DNA of 64,000 nucleotides from a virus. The DNA is taken from the UHGV virus genome UHGV-1342921; one strand, written 5' to 3'. The notes under the pieces are model-generated. The model searched no databases, had not been told where the DNA came from, and saw only the letters and a program-made list of their open reading frames with translations. Below are positions 16,173 through 25,154 of the stretch, piece after piece. The translations under genes and the position numbers were made by a program. Each line of letters starts with the position of its first letter. The first letter of the stretch is position 1.

Positions 16173-18063
16173 GAGATTGGATCCCCTATCCGCGATCAGA
16201 AATCGAAACGACCTATACACAGGAGGCAATGACGACTCTTCTCAACTTGCAATTGAGATTATCACCAATGCAGTGGACGAACATCTTGCAGGTAACTGTA
16301 CACATATTGATATCACATATATAAAAGACACAAATATGATCACAGTCGAGGACGATGGGCAAGGTATAATCCCAAGTCTTTATCAGGATGATGGTCGCAC
16401 AATTTTAGAGATGGTATATGCCGACTTGAACGTGTCCGGCAAGTTCGACAAGAGCAAGGATGCCGTCTATAGCGTGTCCACCGGTGCGTTTGGAATCGGC
16501 GCGTCTCTTGCCAACTACTTGTCCCACCGGCTTGAGGCTGTGACGTTCAGGGGTGGTAAGTACGAGCTTGTGAGGTTTGAGGAAGGGCTGTTCGTCAGCA
16601 GAGAAGAGGGAACGTCTCATGCGCCGAGCCACGGCGTAACAGTGTCGTTTCAGCCAAGCGAGGAGTTTTTCACAGACGCTAGGCCAAACATGAGCCTTCT
16701 AAAAAAGAAGATTGAAGGAGTGTGTAGTCTCTGCCCCGGGCTGACAGTTACAATCAACATAGTCGACCACGGTAAGACCACGACTTATGACATTTGCAAA
16801 AACGGCATAGTCGATTTGATTTCTGACAACGTTGACAAAATTGACAACGTGTTCACTTTCAAACACGTTGACAAGGAAGACAGCTCAAGGATGCTGAACC
16901 TTGCATACGGTTTGAAGGAAGACGGCAAAGAGTCTGTCGTTGTCGGGTATGCCAACTATGGCCCTATAGAGTCCGGAACTGCGTTCCAGGTAATCAAGAC
17001 ACAGCTCGCAAAAGACCTCACCGAGTGGGGGCATGCCCAGGCTGTGCTGAAGCCGAAAGAGACGCTTAACGTGTCGTCTATCCAGGACGACATGTGTCTT
17101 GCATTCAACCTTACAAGTAACAACATCAGATACGACTCGCAGACAAAAGTGAGGATGTCTAGTACTGCCGACAATCAGTTCATGAGAGACACTGTATCCA
17201 TGTATTTCAAGCAGTGGTTAGACGACAACCCAAACATAGCCAAGAATATTATAGAGAAGGCCATGCTTTCAAAGAGGGCTTCAGAGATGGCAAAGAAGGC
17301 AAGGGATGCCGTCAAGAACAAAAGCGCAAAGAAAGATGCCGTGTTCAAAATGCCGACCACCCTTGTCGATGCGTCGTCGAAGAAGCGTGCCGACTGCGAG
17401 CTTTGGGTTGTAGAGGGAAAGTCGGCACAAGGTGGCATGGTGTCTGCCAGGGACTCCAAGACGCAGGCTATCTACGGTGTGCGTGGCATGATGCTTAACG
17501 TGTTGAAGACCGCCCCTGAAAACATCATGAAGAACCAAGAGATCAACAACCTTGTCGTTGCGCTTGGGCTTGACGTTGACATGAAAACCGGCAAGATGGT
17601 TTATAATCCCAAGAAGCTTCGGTATGGGAAGATCATCGCTTGCGGTGATGGAGACGCCCCAGGAAAAGCCATATGCAATTTAATGTTTAACATCCTATGG
17701 TATATGTGTCCTGAATTGTTTTTTAACGGGCATGTGTACATGGCAATTCCACCCTTGTTTAGAGTGACGACAACAAAGAACGAGTATGTGTATTGCGATG
17801 GGCAAAAAGAACTAGAGCAAGCAAAGAAGAAATATAAAGTGAAGGCCATAAATCGCGCGAAAGGCCTCTCGGAACAGTCAAGCGAAGAGCTTGAATTGAC
17901 TCTTCTAAATCCTGCCACAAGGAAAATTGTAGAAATTAACGTCGATGTTACAAATCGAGCAACATTCGGCAACCTGATGACAGACTTATATGGTAAAACG
18001 GTTGAGCCAAGAGTGGAATATATCATGAAACACTCGGAGGAAACGGAATATGACTGTGAATAA
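16138..18063 (+). CDS. DNA topoisomerase II large subunit, GyrB-like ATPase plus Toprim (equivalent to T4 gp39+gp60 fused), GTG start
   Basis: SIKRLDPLSAIRNRNDLYTGG (GyrB N-terminus); EGKSAQGG; KIIACGDGDAPGKAICNLMFNILWY...GHVYMAIPPLF (Toprim/DxD region). RBS AAAGGTG upstream of the GTG at 16138. The ORF-track start at 16072 lies inside the upstream endonuclease gene. Confidence 0.8.
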   Translation: MKNGSYNSESIKRLDPLSAIRNRNDLYTGGNDDSSQLAIEIITNAVDEHLAGNCTHIDITYIKDTNMITVEDDGQGIIPSLYQDDGRTILEMVYADLNVSGKFDKSKDAVYSVSTGAFGIGASLANYLSHRLEAVTFRGGKYELVRFEEGLFVSREEGTSHAPSHGVTVSFQPSEEFFTDARPNMSLLKKKIEGVCSLCPGLTVTINIVDHGKTTTYDICKNGIVDLISDNVDKIDNVFTFKHVDKEDSSRMLNLAYGLKEDGKESVVVGYANYGPIESGTAFQVIKTQLAKDLTEWGHAQAVLKPKETLNVSSIQDDMCLAFNLTSNNIRYDSQTKVRMSSTADNQFMRDTVSMYFKQWLDDNPNIAKNIIEKAMLSKRASEMAKKARDAVKNKSAKKDAVFKMPTTLVDASSKKRADCELWVVEGKSAQGGMVSARDSKTQAIYGVRGMMLNVLKTAPENIMKNQEINNLVVALGLDVDMKTGKMVYNPKKLRYGKIIACGDGDAPGKAICNLMFNILWYMCPELFFNGHVYMAIPPLFRVTTTKNEYVYCDGQKELEQAKKKYKVKAINRAKGLSEQSSEELELTLLNPATRKIVEINVDVTNRATFGNLMTDLYGKTVEPRVEYIMKHSEETEYDCE

Positions 18064-20071
18064 CATTGACGCTTGTCAAAAGATAGGCGAGAACTTCATG
18101 GAATACGCTCTTGACACGAATAACAATAAGACATTTCCAGATGTACGCGATGGCTTAAAGCCAGGTGCACGCGCGTGCCTCTGGGAGATGTACACAAAAG
18201 GCTACACGCACAATAAGCCACATGTGAAGTCAGCCAAGGTAGACGGAGGAATCATCGGTCTCTGGTGGCCTCACGGGCAATCTGCTGTGTATGAGACCTT
18301 CGTCCGTATGTCGCAGGACTTTACAGAGAACAGCCCAGAAGTTGAATTCCACGGTAACAACGGGAACCAGATCTTGGGCGGTGACTCTTTCGGTTCAGAC
18401 CGTTATACTGAATGCCGTTTAACTCCAATGACTGAAGAGTTTATGTTTGACGGTGTCGATTCAAACGCCGTTGATATGATTTGGAACTTCACAGAAGACG
18501 AGCAATGGCCTTCTGTCTTGCCGTCCGTTTTTCCCCGTCTTCTGGTAAACGGCACACAAGGCATCGGAGTCTCAATCTCAAGCTTCATGTGCGGTCACAA
18601 CCTGTCTGAAACTGTAGACCTTATAGTCGACTACATAAAGACAGACAAATATGATGACTCCAATTACATGCCTGACTTCCCCACTGGTGGCACTCTTGTG
18701 AACCCACAAGACGTTCCAAAGATAAACTCAACTGGAAAGGGGAGAATAATCGTTGAGGCAAAGTATGCCATAGACAAAAAGACCATCAGTTTTACGGAAC
18801 TGCCGTTCCAGGTCTACCTTGAGCCCGTCATTGAAGAGATAAAGAAAGCGTTGGACAACGGCAACCTCCAAGGCATCAAGAGCGTAATCAACGCAAGCGA
18901 CAAGAACGGCATGCGTCTTGAGGTGGAGTGCCGACCAGATGCAGACCCAGAAGAGATGGTATTAAGATTGATGACATCCACCTCGCTTCGGAAGCAATAC
19001 AACGTCATCCAAAGGGCTATTGTCTCGAAGACGCCTGAACTGCTTACCACAAAAAAGGTGGTGGACGTCTATATTGAGCACAACCTTGAATGTATCAGAA
19101 GGGTTGCCGAGTATACCAAGAGCCAATTAACCGAGCGTATAGAGGTGCTGCAAGGCTTCATAAAGGCAGTCGCGTCTATCGACGATGTAGTCTCAACCAT
19201 AAAGAACAGCAAAGATCAAAAGGATGCGAAGATATGGCTTGTCAGCCAGTTTGATTTTACAGACAAGCAGGCAAAAGCCATTCTTGACATGCGGTTGGCA
19301 AAGCTTTCGAGCCTTGAGACAATAGCAGTCGAGGATGAGCTTTCGGAAAAAACGGAAAAACTGGAAAAGATTGAAAAACTTCTGTCATCAGAGAAAGAAC
19401 AGAAGAGAGAGCTTGTGTCAAAGCTGAAGACGCTTAAAAAGAAGTATGGTACAGACAGGAAGACTGTGATACAACAGAAGAACGCCAAGGAGGTTTCTGC
19501 CGTGTCATCGAAAAAATACAATATAGAGTTCGACAAAGGTCTCATGAAAAAGACTGTTCATTTCGATGGAGAGTTCACAGACAAAGACACCCTTGTTCTT
19601 GTCGGTGCGTTCGGCGACGTATACAGGGTTGCCGTCGAGGACGTCCCCGTCACAAAGCCAGGTGTCAGCTATCAAACGAGCCTGCTTATGCTTGACCAGA
19701 AGATAATCGCTATGAACCCTTCAAACATCCTCATCGTCACCCGAGACGGCAAGGTGAAGAAGATCAACGTCATGGAAGAGTTCGCAGGCAACACAAGGAA
19801 CAAGACAGGTCTCAAGTCAATCAAGCTTATAGGCGATGACGAGGTGCTGTTTGTGTTCCCAAATGTGTCTGACACAGACTACCTCAAGCTTGTCACTAAC
19901 CTGGGCATGTCGATCAAGTTCTGCACGTCTGAAGTCAATCCACAAAAGAAGACAGGCAGTGGAGTCAAGGGCATCACACTTGGATACGACGACGTCGTAG
20001 CATTCGCGTCTATTGTGGACAATAACCTAGACAGCCAGGCACGCGGAGGCAAGGGCAGGAAAAACTCATAA
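18050..20071 (+). CDS. DNA topoisomerase II subunit, GyrA-like breakage-reunion domain (T4 gp52-like, extended)
   Basis: FPDVRDGLKPGARACLWEMY (GyrA N-terminal signature), WPHGQSAVYETFVRMSQDF. 13-nt overlap with the upstream subunit gene. Confidence 0.8.
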   Translation: MTVNNIDACQKIGENFMEYALDTNNNKTFPDVRDGLKPGARACLWEMYTKGYTHNKPHVKSAKVDGGIIGLWWPHGQSAVYETFVRMSQDFTENSPEVEFHGNNGNQILGGDSFGSDRYTECRLTPMTEEFMFDGVDSNAVDMIWNFTEDEQWPSVLPSVFPRLLVNGTQGIGVSISSFMCGHNLSETVDLIVDYIKTDKYDDSNYMPDFPTGGTLVNPQDVPKINSTGKGRIIVEAKYAIDKKTISFTELPFQVYLEPVIEEIKKALDNGNLQGIKSVINASDKNGMRLEVECRPDADPEEMVLRLMTSTSLRKQYNVIQRAIVSKTPELLTTKKVVDVYIEHNLECIRRVAEYTKSQLTERIEVLQGFIKAVASIDDVVSTIKNSKDQKDAKIWLVSQFDFTDKQAKAILDMRLAKLSSLETIAVEDELSEKTEKLEKIEKLLSSEKEQKRELVSKLKTLKKKYGTDRKTVIQQKNAKEVSAVSSKKYNIEFDKGLMKKTVHFDGEFTDKDTLVLVGAFGDVYRVAVEDVPVTKPGVSYQTSLLMLDQKIIAMNPSNILIVTRDGKVKKINVMEEFAGNTRNKTGLKSIKLIGDDEVLFVFPNVSDTDYLKLVTNLGMSIKFCTSEVNPQKKTGSGVKGITLGYDDVVAFASIVDNNLDSQARGGKGRKNS

Positions 20072-20072
20072 C

Positions 20073-20128
20073 CGCAAAACTCTGCGGTTTAGTGGAGCTG
20101 CAAAACTTTGCGGTTTTGTCAGAAAAGA
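20073..20128 (+). terminator. Tandem hairpins ending in a T-run after the topoisomerase operon
   Basis: ACCGCAaaactcTGCGGT followed by CTGCAAAactTTTGCGG and then TTTTGTC. Confidence 0.55.
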
Positions 20129-20136
20129 GGGTATAG

Positions 20137-20328
20137 ATGAGTAAAGAACAATGCCGTCAAGAAATTGCATGCAGGTTTAGAAACGCCAGGAACGCTAACT
20201 GGTATCTGCCAATAGACGCAACGCAGAAGGATATATGGGCGAACGAGGCGTATTACATAAGGATGGCGTTACGACTTAACGACGAAGACAATGTGTTCCT
20301 GGCTCTTGCAGACCTGTTGACTGATTAA
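20137..20328 (+). CDS. Hypothetical small protein (63 aa)
   Basis: AAAGAGGG RBS 6 nt upstream of the ATG. Confidence 0.4.
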   Translation: MSKEQCRQEIACRFRNARNANWYLPIDATQKDIWANEAYYIRMALRLNDEDNVFLALADLLTD

Positions 20329-20379
20329 CCCAGTCAGATAATATATGCAGATTAGTTTCTGCCGATTGAAATTTTAGTA

Positions 20380-20408
20380 TTGACTTCCAGTTTATGATGG
20401 TGTAATAT
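20380..20408 (+). promoter_or_regulatory. Sigma-70-like promoter TTGACT-17 bp-TAATAT
   Basis: TTGACT at 20380-20385 and TAATAT at 20403-20408. Confidence 0.55.
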
Positions 20409-20455
20409 ATGTTTTGTCAATTGGGACAGGCACAAAAAAGACAAGGAGCTCAAAA

Positions 20456-20710
20456 ATGGCAAAGAACAAGTTCTCTGACAACGCTCGTGAAGTCCTCCAT
20501 TATCTCCAGAACACCCCGCAGGAAGATATGACTTTCCGCGACATTGCAGACGCAATCGAGAAGCCTTATCGTTCTGTAAGCGCCATCATCACCGCACTCG
20601 CAAAGAAGGGCCTCGTCGAGCGAGTCCTTCAGGAGAACGGTGACAAGTACATCATCCTTACCGAGGACGGTCATATGGTCGACCCTGATGAGACTGTCGA
20701 GGAAAAGTAG
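20456..20710 (+). CDS. Small winged-helix (MarR/Rrf2-like) putative DNA-binding protein
   Basis: Start at MAKNKFSDNAREVLHYLQN with a CAAGGAG RBS. Pattern REVLHYL...MTFRDIADAI...VSAIITALAKKGLVER is typical of a wHTH domain. Confidence 0.45.
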   Translation: MAKNKFSDNAREVLHYLQNTPQEDMTFRDIADAIEKPYRSVSAIITALAKKGLVERVLQENGDKYIILTEDGHMVDPDETVEEK

Positions 20711-20722
20711 AAAGAGGTACAC

Positions 20723-21370
20723 TTGAAGATTACAACAGTGAAGGTAGTTGGTTTTGACTCAACCATTGACGGCATGAGGGCTCCCTATAAGTCCTATGCG
20801 AAGAGTGACACAGACACGTCTCAAGAGCCATGTGAATACGGGGAGTCTGACTATAACCTTGCCGAGAGACTCTGCAAGGCGGGCAGGAACCATCGCAAGT
20901 TCATGCGCATGTGGTATGTTTATGCGGACATTGAAGCACCAAGATTCTGGTTTTCCGAGTTCGATACCCACAGGATTGGCGTGGAAAAGAACTCTGAATC
21001 CACAGTTCACACCCTCTATAAGGAAGACCTTGCTGACGACATGTTCGAGTTCGATTTTGAGAACTCGCCGAAGTGTGCCGTTGATGCGATGAGGGCTACC
21101 CAGAAGGCGCTTGCCGAGCTACAAAAGCAGTTTGTGGCCGAGACTGACCCGAAGAAGAAGAACTACTATCGAAGGCTCATGAAGCAGATTCTTCCCGAGT
21201 CGTTCATTCAGCGCAGGTTCGTGTGCATGAACTACGAGGCTCTTCGCCACATGTACGCAGAACGCAAGGACCACAGGCTTCCAGAATGGAATAAAATTTT
21301 TGTTGACTGGGTAAAGACTTTGCCGTATAATGAGTTCATTACCAATGATTTCGATGATAAGGAGAACTAA
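20723..21370 (+). CDS. Divergent ThyX-family (flavin-dependent thymidylate synthase-like) protein; the canonical RHR-x7-S motif is replaced by THR-x8-S
   Basis: N-terminal MKITTVKVVGFDSTID resembles ThyX [15 protein letters not shown]. Central EAPRFWFSEFDTHRIGVEKNSES aligns with ThyX [22 protein letters not shown]. C-terminal RFVCMNYEALRHMYAERKDHRLPEW aligns with ThyX [25 protein letters not shown]. Length 215 aa, similar to ThyX. Confidence 0.45.
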   Translation: MKITTVKVVGFDSTIDGMRAPYKSYAKSDTDTSQEPCEYGESDYNLAERLCKAGRNHRKFMRMWYVYADIEAPRFWFSEFDTHRIGVEKNSESTVHTLYKEDLADDMFEFDFENSPKCAVDAMRATQKALAELQKQFVAETDPKKKNYYRRLMKQILPESFIQRRFVCMNYEALRHMYAERKDHRLPEWNKIFVDWVKTLPYNEFITNDFDDKEN

Positions 21371-21372
21371 AA

Positions 21373-22377
21373 TTGGCAACCAAGAAGAACACTGAATATC
21401 AGAACGACGTAAACCTCACCGGCTTTGTCTTCTCGGCTAACTTCAGAACCGGCACTTCCAAGGCAACCAGCAAGTGGCATCCCAACGAGGGTTACATCAG
21501 CGGAAACCTCAATGTCGCAACCGATGAGGACGCTATGAACGTGGTTCCCGTCAACTTCTTTGTCTATGAGAACCGTCGCAATAAGGACGACGACATCGTC
21601 CCGAATGAGACGTATCAGACGCTCCTGCAAATCATGAACGGTTCCACCTATGAGACCGCAGGTGACAAGGCCCCCAAGGTGCGCATCTCTGCCACTGTCG
21701 ACACCAACGACTTCTATAGCTCCCGTACCGACGACATCGTCTCTGCCCAGCGAGTTAACGGTCGATTCATCCATCTGATGTCTCCCGGCGTCAGCGTCAC
21801 TCCTGCCAACTTCGACGTAAACGCCGTGGTCACTTCTGCCGTCGAGCGTGAGGCTGAGGGTCGTGACCCCTATCTTGACGTTCGTGGCTATGTGTTCAAC
21901 TACAACGGCACGCGACTGTTCCCTGTTCGCTTCGAGTGCCAGGACAAGTCAGGCCAGAGTTTTTTGCTGGGCCTGGAGCCTTCGAGCACGAATCCTGTCG
22001 TGATGAACCTCTGGGGCAGCATTCAGACAACTGTGATCGAGAAGATTCCTGCGGAGCAGGAGGAGGTTGCAAACGGATTCGGCGTTCGCCCTGTCATCTC
22101 CGGAAACAATGTGTCTACTGTCCGTTCTTGGGTCATCACTGGTGCCGACACTGGATGCGTTCCCGAGTTCGGTGACGTCGCCCCCTTCACGAAGAACGAC
22201 ATGAAGCGACTCATCGACGAGCGAAACGTCCGCCTTGAAGAGGTCAAGCAGAGCGGTATGGCCCGTGCAGGCAAGTCTGCTTTTACTGGGACCACGGTAA
22301 AGAAGGCCCCCGCCCAGATGTTTTCCAGCCACTCAAGCGCAGCTGACATTTACGATTCAGACGATTTGCCATTCTAG
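21373..22377 (+). CDS. Putative single-stranded DNA-binding protein with an acidic C-terminal tip (...DIYDSDDLPF)
   Basis: The C-terminal DSDDLPF resembles the SSB DDDIPF protein-interaction tail. N-terminal NDVNLTGFVFSANFRTG resembles the start of an SSB OB fold. Strong codon bias and position among replication genes. Confidence 0.45.
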   Translation: MATKKNTEYQNDVNLTGFVFSANFRTGTSKATSKWHPNEGYISGNLNVATDEDAMNVVPVNFFVYENRRNKDDDIVPNETYQTLLQIMNGSTYETAGDKAPKVRISATVDTNDFYSSRTDDIVSAQRVNGRFIHLMSPGVSVTPANFDVNAVVTSAVEREAEGRDPYLDVRGYVFNYNGTRLFPVRFECQDKSGQSFLLGLEPSSTNPVVMNLWGSIQTTVIEKIPAEQEEVANGFGVRPVISGNNVSTVRSWVITGADTGCVPEFGDVAPFTKNDMKRLIDERNVRLEEVKQSGMARAGKSAFTGTTVKKAPAQMFSSHSSAADIYDSDDLPF

Positions 22378-22433
22378 AAAATAGTGATATAGACAAAATA
22401 AAAGTAACACACAAGAGAATAGGATTATAACAC

Positions 22434-23429
22434 ATGGCTATTGACCTTCTTTCCATTAAGCCCAACAAGGTTTCCCGCGACTTGAGCGGTTACACCATCT
22501 ACATCTACGGAGCCGGCGGCACTGGTAAGACTACTCTTGCAAGCCAGCTTGACCGTGCGCTTCTGGTCGCTTTTGAGATCGGCTATAAGGCAATCCCCGG
22601 TATCCATGCGCAAGACGTCAAGACGTGGGCCGAGTTCAAGCAGGTCGTGCGAGAGCTAAAGAAGCCCGAGGTGCAGGAGACTTTCAAGAGTATCTGTATC
22701 GACACCATTGACATCGCCACCGACCTGTGCGAGAAGTACATCTGCTCTCGTGAGGGCGTGGAGAAGCTTGCCGACATTCCTTGGGGTGGCGGTTGGAAGA
22801 TGATGAAGAAGGAGTTCGAGGAGACGTTCCGTAGCATCTCCCAGATGAACTACGCACTTTTCTTCATCTCTCACTCAAAAGACAAGGTCTTCAAGCGCGA
22901 GGATGGTAGCGAGTACAACCAGGTCATTCCGTCTCTCTCTAACTCTTACAACGAGATCATTCGAAACATGTCCGACATTCAGGGATATGCGCATCAGACT
23001 CGAATCGAGAACGGCACGCCCGTTGTGATGCTCACTCTTCGTTCCCAGGACGGTTCAATCGAATGCAAGAGCCGATTCAAGATGATCGAGCCGGAGGTCC
23101 TGTTCACCTATAACGACCTTTCCAAGGCGCTGTCCAACGCCATCGAGAAGGAAGCTTCCATGACTGACAATAAATTCGTCACAGACGCTCCTGTAGAAAA
23201 GACAACCGATGTCGTTTACGATTTTAAGGCTATGATGGACGAGTTCAACTCCATCGTCAAGGCTATCCAGCTGAACCATGCCGACGACTTCAAGGCTGTA
23301 TGGGCACCGAAGATTTTCTCCATCACAGAGAAGGTGCTCGGTAAGGGCAAGAAGGTGTCCGAGATGACCGAGTCTCAAGCAGAGCAGTTGGACGTCATTC
23401 TTGGTGAGTTAAGGGACATTGAGAAGTAA
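22434..23429 (+). CDS. AAA_24/Sak4-like RecA-family ATPase (phage recombination or annealing-associated)
   Basis: Walker A YIYGAGGTGKTTLA near the N-terminus, preceded by the SRDLSGYTI pattern typical of AAA_24. Walker B-like ICIDTID. Confidence 0.55.
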   Translation: MAIDLLSIKPNKVSRDLSGYTIYIYGAGGTGKTTLASQLDRALLVAFEIGYKAIPGIHAQDVKTWAEFKQVVRELKKPEVQETFKSICIDTIDIATDLCEKYICSREGVEKLADIPWGGGWKMMKKEFEETFRSISQMNYALFFISHSKDKVFKREDGSEYNQVIPSLSNSYNEIIRNMSDIQGYAHQTRIENGTPVVMLTLRSQDGSIECKSRFKMIEPEVLFTYNDLSKALSNAIEKEASMTDNKFVTDAPVEKTTDVVYDFKAMMDEFNSIVKAIQLNHADDFKAVWAPKIFSITEKVLGKGKKVSEMTESQAEQLDVILGELRDIEK

Positions 23430-23450
23430 TGGAGATCGTTTAGTTCACTA

Positions 23451-23480
23451 TTGACAACAGGGGGTTATAAAGGCTATAAT
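23451..23480 (+). promoter_or_regulatory. Sigma-70-like promoter TTGACA-18 bp-TATAAT
   Basis: TTGACA at 23451-23456 and TATAAT at 23475-23480. Confidence 0.6.
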
Positions 23481-23511
23481 GTCTTTATAATCCCCTTTTT
23501 GCGTATAGGGA

Positions 23512-23922
23512 GTGATACGGTTGAACGCAATGAAAAATCCTGACCAAGAATGGCTAGACAAGATTCATGAGAAAGGCGTGTTGTTGTTTGGGTCCTCCTA
23601 CAACAGGCTTGAGACAGAGAAACGAATACGGATGTGGAAGAAGGACAACCCGGAGATAACAGTCAGAGGGGTGTACTCGACCATCAGATGGTGGTACGAC
23701 ATATGCGGTCACACGACAGAAGGCTCAAACAACGGGTTCGGCATCGTCCCACATGTGTACGAGGATGCCAAGAACTACTTCAAGGAGCAAAGGGACCTGC
23801 ATGTCAAATATTACCAGCCTGACGCTATAAACAAGGTGCTCGCCCCCGAGGTTGACGTAATACAGATAAAGGCACCCGAGACAAAAGTGAAAAACTACTT
23901 AAAAGGATTTGAGCTATCATAG
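23512..23922 (+). CDS. Hypothetical protein (136 aa; start uncertain among GTG 23512, TTG 23521 and ATG 23530)
   Basis: ORF with GGGAG just upstream. Confidence 0.4.
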   Translation: MIRLNAMKNPDQEWLDKIHEKGVLLFGSSYNRLETEKRIRMWKKDNPEITVRGVYSTIRWWYDICGHTTEGSNNGFGIVPHVYEDAKNYFKEQRDLHVKYYQPDAINKVLAPEVDVIQIKAPETKVKNYLKGFELS

Positions 23923-23933
23923 GAGGTTGTGTT

Positions 23934-25154
23934 TTGGCGAGCAAATACGAAGACTCGACATCCGCGATTCAGGTGATAGGTGGAATCATAAACCAGCCCG
24001 AGTTGCTGGAAGACACTGGAAAGTATTTTTTTAGGGCCGAGGACTTCACATCAGAGCTGCATAGGGTTGTGTTCTCGGCAATCGGCACAATCTATGCGAA
24101 CGGCGGAACCAAAGTGACGGCCAAGGCAGTCGACGACGTTCTATCGACGTACCCCGAGGCATATGCGACCTACAAGGCGTCAAGGGGCAACGAGTGGTTT
24201 GCCAAGGTACAGGCTGAATGCGACCTCGACAACTTCGACTTGTATTACAATAGGCTCAAGAAGATGACGTTGCTTCGAGAGTACGACAACGCTGGTATAG
24301 ACGTGTCGTTCATTCTTGATATGGACGAGCTTGATGCAAAGAAACGGCAAAAACAATGGCAAGAGTTCGACAATATGAGCGCGAACGACATTGCGGACGA
24401 TATTGAAAACAAAATGTCAAAGATCAAGTCTACTTTTGTGGACAACCTAGACAAGAACACAAAACTTGTAAGTGATGGTTTGAGCACCTTGTTCAGTAAG
24501 TTGAGGAACGAGCCAGAGTTCGGCGTTCCGTTGTACGGACCTTTCATAAACACGGTGACGATGGGTGCAAGATTGACGAAGTTTTATTTGAGAAGCGCAC
24601 CTACTGGTGTTGGTAAAACTCGCATGATGATAGCCGACGTTTGCAACATCGCGTGCGACGAGATTTACGATTCCAGGATCGGTGCATGGAAAAAGAACGG
24701 TGAAAGCTTGCCGTGTCTGTACATCTCTACAGAGCTTGAAATGTCAGAGATTCAGACAATGTGCCTTGCGTTCTTGAGCAATGTCGAGGAGAACAAGATT
24801 CTCGGTGCGGAGAAGATGACTTTCGATGAGATCGACAGGGTAGAGCATGCGCTTGAGGTTCTTGAGAGAGCACCTTTGTTCATCGACATTATCTGTGACT
24901 TCTCACTCAAGGATATTGAGAACAGCATCAGGAAGAACCATAGGGAAAACAAGGTGATGTATGTCTTCTATGACTATATCATGACAACCATGAAGATTCT
25001 TGAAGAGATCACTGCGAAGTCGAAGGGTGTAAACCTCCGCGAGGACAGCATTCTGTTCATGATTAGCGTGAAGCTCAAGGATTTGGCTAATGAGCTGGGG
25101 ATATTCGTTCTTACCTCAACACAACTCAATGGTAGACTTTCTACTGCCAATTAA
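23934..25154 (+). CDS. dnaB: DnaB-like replicative helicase, exon 1 (N-terminal domain plus Walker A/B RecA-like core up to the helicase QLN motif)
   Basis: RSAPTGVGKTRMMIADV (Walker A), YVFYDYIMTTM (Walker B region), LKDLANELGIFVLTSTQLNGRLSTAN (H3/H4 region). The frame terminates at a TAA immediately after the predicted 5' splice site. Confidence 0.75.
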   Translation: MASKYEDSTSAIQVIGGIINQPELLEDTGKYFFRAEDFTSELHRVVFSAIGTIYANGGTKVTAKAVDDVLSTYPEAYATYKASRGNEWFAKVQAECDLDNFDLYYNRLKKMTLLREYDNAGIDVSFILDMDELDAKKRQKQWQEFDNMSANDIADDIENKMSKIKSTFVDNLDKNTKLVSDGLSTLFSKLRNEPEFGVPLYGPFINTVTMGARLTKFYLRSAPTGVGKTRMMIADVCNIACDEIYDSRIGAWKKNGESLPCLYISTELEMSEIQTMCLAFLSNVEENKILGAEKMTFDEIDRVEHALEVLERAPLFIDIICDFSLKDIENSIRKNHRENKVMYVFYDYIMTTMKILEEITAKSKGVNLREDSILFMISVKLKDLANELGIFVLTSTQLNGRLSTAN

